From Tubulanus polymorphus (lineage: Eukaryota; Animalia; Nemertea), in NCBI RefSeq assembly GCF_964204645.1, contig NC_134033.1, positions 5,356,231-5,420,230 on the forward strand: a stretch of 64,000 nt of DNA. The letters run 5' to 3'. The notes under the pieces were generated by a model. It had not been told where the DNA came from. It ran no database searches and worked only from the letters and a program-made list of their open reading frames with translations. The position numbers were made by a program, and so were the translations under genes. How positions within the stretch are numbered: the stretch's first letter is position 1; each line of letters begins with the position of its first letter. This document shows, one piece after another, positions 46,501-60,100 of the stretch.

Positions 46501-49500
46501 GTCGAAGAATCATAAATCCTAGAAGTTTCACAATAAACACATCAAAGTATAAAACAACGCAAACCTTATCGAGGCGACGCAGGCTTGGAGTCATGCCATA
46601 TTTTCCAGGGGCCAGTTGCAGAGTCGTGAATTAAGTCCGGTTTAAACAACTGAAGATCGGTCTTAAGTTGTTAGATTGGCTATATAATCAAGTTGGTCTT
46701 AGACTGGTCATAAGTCTTAGCCATTATTATGCAACCGACCCCCCGAAGTGCAGTCACCAGAATGCCGTACGATGCGTACGGATGAACTTACTTTTTAACA
46801 TGAGCCAGCATGTTGAACGTCAGCGTAGTCGCGGCCGCCGCGTTGTTTTGGCTGTTTACGACGTTCTCCATCATCAGCAGCAAACGATGGTTCGTCATGA
46901 TCGCTTTCGACAGAAAATCCAACGTCTGTTCGTCGTCGTTGCTGTTGTTCTTATGCAGACGGATTAACAGAACGTAGAGCATTCGAATGTCGTACGACGC
47001 CGTCAGTCGAACTGTCGAAAATAAATCGAAGTAGCTATTTGTTTATTATTACCACTCATTTTGCTTTCTTTTCCCCTGAATATTCCCTGACATGCGCTTT
47101 GGTTTTCCCTGACTTGATCTGCTAAGAATCTGATCCATTAATTAACACAGCCGAATACGTACATAAAGAGATAAATGGAAACTGTTTGATTTTACATGCG
47201 ATAAGGCTGTCTCAAATTTCCCTCACTTTTTCCGGATGATATTTAGCTTCTTTTTTTCCTTTTTTTCTTATATAAAATTCTCAAACTTTTTCTAAGACAA
47301 TTTCCTGACTTTTCTTGATGCCCAGGTAAGTGAAGAAAATTCAAAATCAGTCTCATTCTTAACATAATGAATGCTTTCGATGATATCTGGGGTGGGAAAA
47401 GACAGGAGAAATTACCTAAGGTGATGGGGGATACAATGAGCAGGTTTTCCATGGGGGTGGGTACAGACAGCAGATTGTCTGAGGGGGTGCAGGGTCCAGA
47501 CAGCAGAATATCTGACGGGGTGTAGGGTCCAGACAGTAGATTGTCTGAGGGGGTGTAGGGTACAGATATAAGATTTTCTGAAGGGGTGCAGGGTACAGAC
47601 CGCAGATTGTCTGAGGGGGTGTAGGGTACAGATATTAGATTTTCTGAAGGGGTGTAGGGCATAGACAGTAAATTGTCTGAGCGGGTGTAGGGTACAGATA
47701 TTAGATTTTCTGAAGGGGTGTAGGGCATAGACAGCAAATTGTCTGAGGGGGTGTAGGGTACAGATATTAGATTTTCTGAAGGGGTGTAGGGCATAGACAG
47801 CAAATTGTCTGAGCGGGTGTAGGGTACAGATATTAGATTTTCTGAGGGGGTGCAGGGTACAGACCGCGGATTGTCTGAAGGGTCGGGGTGAATGTGGTGT
47901 AGACTCGTACCTTGAAGACTTGTGATGAAATTTTTGTTTCCGTTCAAACCTTCTTCCATCATGAACGTGTCGAGCACGGCCAGGAGTTCATACATCGCCA
48001 TTAAAACATTGTGTAGCCTGAAATACCACGATAAGAAACGCAGATCAATAACAGCGTATCCGACCCTACATCGCGAAATTCCGAGTGATAATGGGTGATT
48101 ATATCACTCGATGTTTACGGAAACCGATTTCAGACACACTTACTGTTTCCAGTAGACACGAGCGGCCGATTCGTCGATTTTCAACGACACTAAATACCGT
48201 TCGCTATAGTCGACCGCTAAATACGTCAGATAGCTGAAGATCTCCGCCGAGTACGCCGGCCTACGAAAAATAAAAACGAACAAATAAATGAAAAGAACGG
48301 CGCGAACAGTCAAAATAGCGCTCGAAGGTAACTAGGAGTCCTAGTTGAAATGCCTGACTACGTATCTGAAAATATCGCTATTCAACACCCTGGGCGAACT
48401 TCAATTATCAGGGTTAGTCGACTATAGTCGAACTAAGTGAAACCGAATGTAAATTAGTTGAAACTATATCGCGAAAATTGTAGTTCGGACCTAATCCCAA
48501 GATGGCTGACATTGTGAAATACGTTAAAACCGAACTATAGTGCGTTCGGTTATTAGTCCTGATGATAGTCCAGTATAGCGTGAGTACCTGTATAGTGGCA
48601 TAGTATAGTAGGCCTATTGGACGGGGAGTACATACGTACAAGCCCAAGATTTTATTCATATTCGAAAATTCATTTTTCAAATCAGGACCTTCTTTGGATT
48701 TGGGTGGTCTGTCGTAACTAACCCATTTAACCCCCAATCACTACGGGCCTGAACATTGCATACCGTAAGTCTGACTCCTGTTTGTAGTTTGTTCAATTGA
48801 CTTCACACGCTGATAGGCTTTTGTAAATTGAGGATGATTTTTAGGCCTATCCATCATTGATAAAATCTTAAATTTCAGCATCCATATCCTACAACACACT
48901 AGCGACATCTGGTGGATACGGTAAGTGGAGTCCTCTATTACCACAGTAGTTGACGTCCTACTGCACACTATTGACACCTGATCCTCCTTGCCACAAATGG
49001 AATCCTTTAAGGCAACAGTATATGTCCTACTGCACATTAGTGACACCTGGTGGATCATCAAGTGTCACAAGTGAAACCCCCAAATGCAGCGGAAGTCGAT
49101 ATCGAAATGCGCGCTAGTGACAAATGGTGGAACCTCACTTGCCGATGAAACGTTAAAAAAATAATAAATCTTGCCACTTACTCGACAGGATCCCAGCCGA
49201 CTTCTTCCATGACGGCGAATTTCGAGAAGAACATCAGCGTCCACAGAAAATACGACTCGGCCTGTTCGTACGATATCCCGTTGTAGTTGTAGTTCGACCG
49301 CAGCAGACTGGCCTGAATACAGAATGGAAACATGTCAATATGATACGAACCGTAAGCTATTCCGTGAGACCTCTAACGGGCAAAACCAGCTATCCCACCA
49401 GATGGCGTGACGAGCAGTAGGTCATCAGTAGGTCAATTTTCGAGCAGTAGGTCAATTTTCGCTCGATCTTTCTTCATCTATAATCTCTAATACATATTGT

Positions 49501-52500
49501 ATATTCATCCATTATCAAAATTAATACATTTTCAATGAACTTTGAACTGGATTTTTAGACTCCATAATCCATATATTATCACAGCACCCGCCAAGTATAC
49601 TTTCAACGTCAATAGTAGAGAGGCATCGAAATGTATATTAAGAGCTGGGTTTTCGTTACATGATCTAAAAGCAATTTCATTCGTAAGCAAGTGGAGTGGG
49701 CGAATGATAAGAGCGTTCCACTCAAGGAACCTAGGTTGTGGGTTTGAACCTCGTGCATTACTGTAATGTCCCCGTCCAAGACACTAAACTTCATCGCCTC
49801 TCTCCGCCCAGGAGTGAGTGGGTACTTGGCCTGATAGACGACTCCTAGCAACTGCTCGGATGTTACTTCTCCGCAGGGAGAGATGTTTGATTCATCGTTA
49901 GGCCAGGCGTAATAAAACCTGTTTAATGGAAAGCGCCTTTGAACACTGTATCCCACTGAAAAGGGTGCTATAGAAACTAAATTACTATAGCTCAATTACG
50001 ATCTAAGACAAAAGACATGAAAAGAACATAATAACAACCCCCCTGGTTTTGCAAATAAACCCAGCCAAACACTATCTTCAAGGTGTAAATAGAACCTAAG
50101 GCGTCGATAAACATACCTGCAAGTTGTTGACCAATTGCGCGAAGCCGTGCTTTAAGAACTGTACGGTAAAAATGCAGAGCAAATCGCTGAAAAAAAAAAC
50201 GGAAATAAACACGCTTAACAAAATGCAACAATCGGAACGAAAAAAAAAACACACCTGGAACTGGACCATGGGAACATTCATAATGAGTCATCATCTAATT
50301 TTTGTTTGTTAGTTTGTCTTTTATCTTTAGGTTGTATAATTGTTTTATGTAATAAGCAGTGAGGGCTTTTAGAAAACAGCACTGCATAAAAGCATATTTC
50401 ATCATCATCTTGATCATCATATTATAATGATATCAATAATAATAATTATCATTATCATAATCATCACTTTCATTGGTTGAAAATTGATTCTTCCTCTAAA
50501 GATTAGAGATTATAACAATAATAATAATAATGATAATAATAATAATCATCATTAAGGTCGAAAAATATAGTGTTCCTCTGAAAATTGGGGATTATCATAA
50601 TAACAATAATAGTAAAATTAACGCACATAGAGAATAGATAATAAAAATATTCCATATATACATAAATGCATAAAAAATTTAGAAGAGACTCAAAACCCAA
50701 AATCGACCGTGAACAAATTCATAAGATTAGAATGAAATATTCCATAATCCAAAATAAAATTCTCAACTCTAAAACAAAATGTCCTTTAAACATAAAATCG
50801 TACTCGGTTTGAATCTTTTATTAATCGTTGCTAAATTTGTTTATAGGGGGTTTCGATCTAAACTCGTTCTAAAGACGTTACCCTCTTGCCTAAGCCCTGT
50901 TCACCCCACCGCGACTACTCCCAAATCCAGGCGACGACCGCGACCGACAAATAACGTTGTAAAGCGATGAACGAACAATGTCTGCTTCTACTGCTTCTAA
51001 TTGGCAAGAGCCAGCAGCGGTTGATTTCGTGAATTCATTTGAAACACATACCCGCACTCCCATAATTCAAACTGTAGTCCGTACGTCATCTCGCGCTGTA
51101 GAAATAATTCATTAACCCTTTCAGTACACTACCCCTTCCAGGAAGCCAGTAAAACATAATTATCCTGATACAACACTCTCTTTGAATCATCAAGGATTGA
51201 TAAATAAAACAGTCCAATTTACCTGATATCTCTAAATGTAGTTGTTTCACCAAAAATTAAGAGTAATTTGACATAAAAAATAATAGTTAATAATTTAAAA
51301 TGAACTATAAATTATTTCAAGAGTATTTCGATATTTTTGGGAGTAGAAACTCATCTCAAATACTCACAGGCAGGTCTGATAAGAGGGTTTTTATGAGAGG
51401 AGAGGGAGAGAGAGATTTTTCCCCTTTATTTCTAATCTATCTAACCCCACCGCCCTGAGTTTTGCAGGTAAGTGGTGGTCACCCCGTAACTGGTGCGTGT
51501 GCTCTTTAAACACGCGTTCATGGATGCCCCATTACGAACACGCGGAAACAATCGCTCCAATAAAAAGAATCAACGTCATTCGATCGACGACGCCTTTATT
51601 TTGTTATGTTCGTTCTATTTCCGTTCTAGCGCGCATACGTGTCCCCGGCGGTCGGCGATTAATTGGCTCGCCGCCAGAAAACGAACGGCAGGAAGAGAGA
51701 GGGATGGTCTCTCGCGCGGGGAGCGGCAATTTCTGATCGCATTTTCTGATTAATGACAATATATATATATCTTTATATAAACATATTGAAAAAAAAAGAA
51801 GATTTCCTGATTAGATGAAAATTGCGTCGTGTTAATTCGCGTTTTTCCGGGGGGCAATTATCGAAATTGGAAATTACGCCGCAAAAAACACTCGCCGCAA
51901 CGACGTCGGTCCATTTCCAGTCGAATATAGAACTTCCCGAAGGTTAGGAAATCAAATCACTTGTGTAAGTGATAAATACAGCAAAAACAAAGCAGCGTTA
52001 TTTCTAGAAAAGTCAAGGCGCGTATACCCGACCTTATTAAGTTTTCACTGCCTATTCTATAGAAAACCCTTATGTTGTTCCCTTGATAATTATTTGAGCG
52101 TTTCGCAAATCCTTTTGTCTTCACTAATAAGGCTGTCTGCTATTTACCAGAAAACCCTATTATTATTCCCTTGATTATCATCAGGGTTTTTCGCTACTTC
52201 GAAAATCTCTTCGCTATACTCTTGGTTTTTATCATTTTCTTTCTTTTCACATTATTAGGGTTTTATGCCATTTCCAAGAAAACCCTTTTGTTATTCCCGT
52301 GATTATCATTGGGTTTTCATTCCTTCTCATAGTTCCCACAGTTATATGAATTCAAAATTCCCAAGTTTTTCCCAAGTATTTCATGGGTGATTTTTCAATT
52401 TTCTCAAATGCAAATGAACACATCGTCATGCTATAGTCAACATTTTAGCGGTGACTGGTTGATGAAGGTGATTTTCAAGGGAAATTACTGAAGAAAGTTG

Positions 52501-55500
52501 CCCTTGGCAAATGCAATATGTGAAATGTAATGAATTTCCCAAATATTTCGGAAAACCAGGAATTATTATTTCAAAATTTTTTCCAATTTCCCTGTTCTGT
52601 GGGAACTATGCCTTCTAGTAAATATTTTTTGTATACCTTTTGTTTTCATTAGAGCTATATTGCTATTCTGTAAATTATCATTTGAGATTTCTGCTTCTGT
52701 CCAGAAAGCCTATTGTTGTAGCTACTTTCTAGAAAATCATTTTGCTATCCTCTTGGTCTTCAATAATGATCCTAATGTAACTATCTCTAACTGTCATTAG
52801 GGTTATCCGCTACTTTTCAAGAAAACCCGATCGATTTTTTGCGCATTTCTTGAAAATCTCTTTTCTATCATCGGTATGATCATTCTCTTTTTTGTTAAAG
52901 TTTTCTGCTATTTTCCATAAAAGCCCTATCACTTCCTTGATTATCACAAGGGACTTCGTATCTTTCTAGAGATTCTATTTTTCTATCCTCTAGATTTTAA
53001 TTGCTTTCTTCGCTATTAGGATAATTTTTTGCCATTTTTCAGAGAAGCACGTTGTTATACCCTCGATTATCATCAGGTTTTTTCGTATCTTACAAGAAAA
53101 TCTTTTTCATCCTCTCGGGTTTCATCGTTCTCTTCATTATTAGCATTTTCTGCCACTTTTGAGAAATACGTATTATTATTCCCTTGATTACACCTAAACA
53201 CGGCACAACCCCAGTCAAGAAAGGGTCAACCCATCAGAACTCAAGCCACCCCTATCTGCCCTGCCCTGTCAGTTTTAGTGGGATTTCGAACCCGATAGCT
53301 TATCATAAACCAGACATGCAAGTCCTCCAAATACCTCACCAAAGTCAACATCTTCCTATTCTGGGGGCCAAAAGGACATGATTTTGGTTGCCTACCTCGT
53401 CAAATCTTACATCATATGAAAGCCTATTTACTACAAAATAACCAAAATTTGTAGTACATGGGAATAAACAGGGAATGAGCTATTCGGCATCGTGATAAAC
53501 TTGGATTTTGCCAAATGAATTTTCTGAGGAGTAATCGACACTACATAGTGACGATTCAGTTAAGAATCACAATATCTGTGACAAGTAACGAGACGAGTAG
53601 TACTGTGTAGGTTAACTGTTTATTGTTAACTGTTTTAGCTCGTGCCTCAAATAAACAGTTAACCTATACAGTACTACGTGGTACTCGTCTCGTTACTTAT
53701 TTTAAACCTCGTTAACACGGCTACTCTACGAATAATATCTGTGACAAGACTCGATGAGTATAAAATCTCACAATGTGTGAACGAATCTAAAAAGTTTATC
53801 TAAAATAATTAGTAACATTTCAGGTGGTAACTATACCACCCTTCATCAGTCTGAAATGACTCGCAAATAATTGCCTAATTCTAATGATTGCTAATGGGTT
53901 AACGTGATGAAAGTGATGAAACCTACCCCAGTTCGTTCTCGAGTGGATTCGATTCAATCGACGAGTCGAGTCTCAGCGAGTTCTCGCCGCCGGCGCACGT
54001 ATCCATAACGCTTAACGCGTCTTCGCGTCGCGAGGCCTCCTCATCGTCGTCGTCATCATCATCGCGGTCATCCTCATCGTCGTCATCGACGTCCATCGAT
54101 TTCATCGACAGACCTGAATCCGAGCAGATGTGATCGCTGCCGACGTAATCGAGCGGCGATTTTTTCTTGCCGGCACCACCTTGAGGCTCATCGTCGTAGC
54201 TGCTGTACGAACAGTCCCGCGACTTGATGCGGGTGGAGCCGTCCTCCGGCTTGTCTCTGGCGCCGCCGCCTGCCGCGATGTCTTTCCGCGACGACCAATA
54301 ACGTGGCAGCATTTTTGCCGTGAAAAGATGGTCGTTCTGAAAAATCCGAAAACGATGATATTCTTATATAAAACTCATATAAAAAGGCGGTGCTGCCATC
54401 TTTCAACAGAGATGAAAACTAATTATTGATAACATCAATACACCGCAATACGGTGTACTAGCAGAATCCATCACTTATACACCGCACTGAGGTGAAGACG
54501 CACGGAAAGGGTTAATGAGAGTTTATTTCAGCGACGATAGATACCTGATGTTTGTAAATGACATTGAGTAGTTGCGCGATCGCGACGACTAGTCGGTTGA
54601 CGGACGGTGAATGCAGCAGCATCAGCAACTCGTTTCCCAAACCTGCACGTAGTAAATTCCTGCAAAAGTTTCCAAGGAGTTAGAAGAGTGGCGAACAAGA
54701 AGCAAACCGAAGGGAAAAATGAGAACAGTTCCAGCTGAAATCCGCGGTTTATTTCGAGAGGTGTCGGTTATATGCCGATAATACCCAGGGTCCAGTTCCA
54801 CAGTTCTGAGTTTAGATTTAACTCATTGAAAATGAATTAGCTTTAACTCAGAGTTAACACTAACTCACAACTGTGGAACTGGATCCAGGACACAGTTCCA
54901 CAGTTCTATGTTTAGGATCTGACTCTGAGTTAACTCGTTGAAAATGAACTAATTTTAAGCTCGGAGTTAACTCAAACTTACATCTGTGGAACCCGGTCCA
55001 GATATATTTTGTCAGCAAGAGCTGGCTCTCAGTTTTCCCCTTTCACTAACGCTAACGTTCTATATCAGTTATATGTAAAGTCTGAGATATTTCATGTAAC
55101 AGACTGTAAACACATAAATAATAATGATAATAATAATCTATTTTCTTATACGGCGATGCACAATTACTAAGTGCAAATCATTTTCCAAAATATCAATTTA
55201 ATTATCATTATTATTGTCATAACCATTATTTTCGGTGCTTTTAATATTGTTAATATTATCGATAACATCATTATTTTTATCATTAATAATATCATTATTA
55301 CTGTACATACCTGAGAAGTCCTCGTGACCGCTCGGCGTGTAGTGGGTTCGACGAAGTGGGAACCTTCAGTAGATTCGCCAGCAGATGTAAACTGAGAACG
55401 GTTAAATCGAGGGCTTCGTCGTCGAGCGGATACTTGCCAGCCTGCGGTGTAGAAAATATATCACGTTTAAACGACATATCGAATATTCATTCGAACGATT

Positions 55501-57143
55501 AAATTTGACGGGAAGCTGAAAGTGACGAGAGGATGAGTGATGAGGTGGCCTAGGAGGAGTGGTAAGGTTTATGAGATGAGAGACATGGGAAGAAAAAAAG
55601 TGGAAGGGACGGATAGGAGTTTAAGTTCAGGTTTATTGTGTAAAAGCTCAAGACCAAGGAGAGAAGGAAGGAAAGGAAAGGCTAAGAAGGGGCAGAGAAA
55701 GGCTAAGGGAAAGAGATAGGTGCTAAGAAGGGGCAGTGCAAGGGTAAGAAAGGGAAGGGAAAGCGTAAGGAGGGAAAGAGAAGGGCAAGAAGGGACAGGG
55801 AAAGGCTTAGAAGGGACAGAGAGAGGGAAAGGCTTAGAAGGGACAGAGAGGGGGAAAGAAGGAGCAGAAAAAGGCTAAAAGGGCAGGGAAAGAGTAAGAA
55901 GGGACAGAGTAAGGATAAGAAGGGAAAGAGAAAAAGACAAAGGGCAGAATCATTAGGTTCATAAAACAATGTAGTCATCAATCAGCGCTATAAATACCAC
56001 CACGAGCACGCGGCGCCGCCGGATTATATTTCACGTTCGTTTATAAAAAGAATTGCGTCGGCAATGAATATGGCGATATAGCTGATTGACTAGGAGTGTC
56101 AGCGCTGCCGCGAAACAACTGACAAATGCTATTTATTTCTTCTTCCATCAACTAAATTATTTTTCGCGATGATGTTGATTCATTTAATAAGAGCTCGCTC
56201 GCTCGCACCTGCGCGCCCATTCACTTTACCGCAGCGTCGATATCGCGCGGATCCGGATATTAACCAGCGACAATGGACTGGAGAATTGTCTGAAACTCAA
56301 CGGTATCAACGAGGATGACTAATAGGATATAGTCAAAACGTCAAATAAACTACGTAGCTGAAGGTGCATTTTCGTTTCCTTCAGGGACGGATCCATGGCA
56401 ATTCCTTGGCTACAGCACGGTGAAATAAAAAGGGCACAAACTTAAAGAACAGCCAGTATCCCTGCCCAGCGAGATCCAAGTTCATCACTATCCCGAATAG
56501 CTCATTTGATGTTTATTTCCATGACCACAAGTTCGTGGTTTTTTGAAGTAAATAGGAAGGCTTTCATATGATATAAGATTTGATGAGGTTGGCCACCAAA
56601 ATCATGTCCTTTTGCCCCCCGCCCCGAAATTCATCCAAACATACTTGGATTTGAAATGAGCGCTCAGATCTGTCATGTTCTAACTCCCAAATACTGGAGA
56701 ATTTCAAATAGGAAGGTGTTGATTTCGGCACGGTTTTTCAACGTCTCAGACGTTGGTCATGTCTCGTCTTTACATTAGCCACTCAGTGTTCCTTATGGAC
56801 AACCAGCTCTAGCACCAATTCAGCGTGTCCAAAACATTGCTGCTCGTTTAATTTCTAGAGGCCGTGAATATGACAGGATTTCTCCTAATTTAAAGCGGCT
56901 TCACTGACCTACCTATCATAGCCAGGATTGATTTCAAGATCCTGTGTAATTAATGTACATCGGTGCATCGGCCCAAACAGACTCTGTCCCATTTGGCACC
57001 CGTGTGAACAGTTGTGCTCGTGTGATCACAGCTTTACTGCATGTCACTGAAGGATGCACCAGATATTGTTCTGCGGATTCACTGCAGATTCATCGCACCC
57101 GTACATAATATGGCGATGGCGCCTTCTCATCGGCTGGACGACA

Positions 57144-57175
<32 letters not shown>

Positions 57176-60100
57176 GACTATCATTACTATTATTATTATT
57201 ATTTCGAGGACTTAAGTACATAGTTTATCATAAGCTATTGGGTTCGAATCCCACTATAACCGTTTTTGCGCAACAGACAACGCCGCTTTACCACTGTTCA
57301 ATTCGAATCAATGACCGCGGCTAAATCTCGATCGGTAAACACGCTGCTCTCTTATTCCGTTTGCCGTCAATGTCCAATGTGAATCAAGCGACTAAATCAA
57401 CAGATACAGATATATACGGATACAGTCTTCTGAGACTTCTGCATCTTCAGGTGTCACTAATTATCACCTTTGTTTCCACGTATGCTGAAACGTATTTTCA
57501 TGTTTCCATGTATGCTGTTTTTGCCAAGTATTTCATGGGTAATTTTTCAATTTTCGCAAATGGAAAAATTGGGCCTTCATAAAAATGAACAGATACCTTT
57601 ATACTACAGTCAACATTTCAGTGGTGACTGGTTCCATAACAAGGTGATTTTCAAGGGAAATGGCAAAGAAAATTGCCCTACGCAAATAAATGCAATACAT
57701 GAAATGAAAATGAATTTCCCAAATATTTCCCTGATTTGAGGTATATTTCTTAAATTCCCAAATATTTCCAAACTGGGAATTATCATTTCAAAATTCCCGA
57801 GTTTTTCCCAATGTCCCTGTTCTGTGGGAACTATGGGTCCTGAAGTGCCCTTTTTGATTTAAAAAATTGCCTTTCCCCAAGAAGCGCCCGATAATTCCCC
57901 GCAAGAGCACCTTCTGATTTCTGTCACATTCTCTAAATAGACAATACGACAAAAAGCTATTTCCGTCGATAACACGCGACATTTCATCCAGTCCACGCGT
58001 GTCCCGAGGCTTTATTAATCACGCCACATCAAAGTCATCTGGTAATTTGTAGAAAAAACTTCCCCACACAGATAACGGCTCCCGTAAACGCCTCAGTCAC
58101 GTCTTAATCTCCCCGAATTGTCTACGCCTCCAAACTAAAGTGATCGATCGCGCGAACGATGCATCACGGGCGGAGGATACCGACCGGAGGATACCACCGA
58201 CTGACCGACCGACTGAACGTCGAAAGGTGACGGATTCGTTAACAATGCCGGACAACGCGTGACGCGTCAATTACAACCGACTTACCACCAGATGATGCAC
58301 AACCTGAGAGGCATAAACTGAGAGGCACGACCTGAGAGGCATAACCTGAGAGGCATGACATCTCCTTTTCTCGCTGCCCCCTATTTTTATATTAACATTA
58401 GTTATCCAACGAAGTCATTTACGCAAAAGTCATAAGTTATTTAAAGAAAAAACGCGTACAGCAGCCATCCTCAGCACTTATTCAACGTGCAAGCACGCAA
58501 CACAATACAATTAGACCGGGTTTAGCATAAAAAACAGACATTTAACGTCCGAAATGCAGAACTGGTTAACCGACAACCGCCATGATGTGAGGAGATGAAA
58601 ATAAAATTTTCTTTTTGTATACCTAGTAGAATCGGACAAATTTAGCAATGGATCCGTTATCCAACTAACAATAAAAAAAAAAGACTTTATCCGTTAACGC
58701 GATAGACCGCAGCACGTGCGTTGACGTATGACTTGTATCTCCACAGAACATCCGCTGTACTTTATACCGCCACCTATATGCCTCGACCTTTGAGGGGGTC
58801 AAAGGTCAAACTTTTGACCTTTGATTGATCGAATCTATTCAGCAACAAAAAGCCTGTATAACTATCTTCAAAATAATTGTAAAGCAGCATTTTCAGTAGT
58901 TTTCACACTGCATCTCTACTAAACTTTTTTTTCGTGCGCAAATTTCATATATAATCGGCTAATACTTCTTTTCAGATGATTTCAATGTTAGCCACCGCCG
59001 TTAGCGGCGCTAGTGTTCGGTCACCTACCTGCAAAATGCATTGAAATGTGGGCAACTTTTGATAGTTTATGAAACTAGTCACAATTTTGATTTTGATAAT
59101 GCCGCTATAATCTTTCCCTGTCCCGATAAAACCAAACGCCACATTACGGAATCTGCCCTTATTATCGAAAAGTAAAAGTGGTTATCGCCATCATCGTCGC
59201 TGTACACGAGTCACGAGGCGAAATCGGATCAACTCGTTTGCAGCGTTTGTCGATTGTCGACGGTTACCACGGCGATGAACAAACGTGCAGAGAGCACGTG
59301 GACGGAGATCGCATGTTTTCGCGTTAGTCTTAAAGCGAAAAACCCGTGCGTCGCGGGTCTTCGCCGGCATTGTCACGCAGCTCTCGCCTCGTGCGTAAAA
59401 ATAACGACGACGCGGAAAGAAAAAAACTATCAAATGCTCTTGACAATGATAGAAGATTGATGATCGAGACTGCCGGTTTTTTTTTCTTTTCGCGGTTAAC
59501 ACGCACTCCGCCTCGCTGCTGAGCGCGTTAGAAATAAAAACCTTTTTAGCGGCCTCGGGCAAAATGGTGCACCAAATAAATATAAGCTAACTTCGAAATT
59601 GGATGAATGCGTATCAATTCCAGATATTTAATTTCAAACTGGATCACAGTTGTGTGAGTTTGATTTTTATTCTAGACCCAGTTCCACAGTTGTGTGGGTT
59701 TAATTGTACTCTGGATCTAGTTTCAAAGATGTGCACGTTTGATTAGATTCTAGACCCAGTTCCACAGTTGTGTGGGTTTAATTTGATTCAAGACCCAGTT
59801 CCAACAGTTGCGTGGATTTATTTTGACTCAGGATCCAGTTCCACAGTTGTGCAAATTAATATGCCTCTAGATCCAGTTCGACAGTTGTGTGAATTTAATT
59901 TGACTCTGAATCCAGTTCCACAGTTATGTGGTTTTAATTAAGACTCTAAACCGAGTTCAATCACAGAAATTTCTACGTTTAAAATGTAACAATTCATTCA
60001 AATTACAATTGCATCACGTACCGATAACGAAACACGCGCGGTCAAAAGCATCAATCCAAATCCCGAAAGCGCGAGAAAACTGAGAGCGTAATACCAACCT

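Noticed and set aside
47243-48001. 252-aa ORF as a stand-alone gene
   Set aside because: Its first part is a timeless exon with a GT donor at 47910; the rest is an intronic minisatellite. Kept only as an isoform hypothesis.
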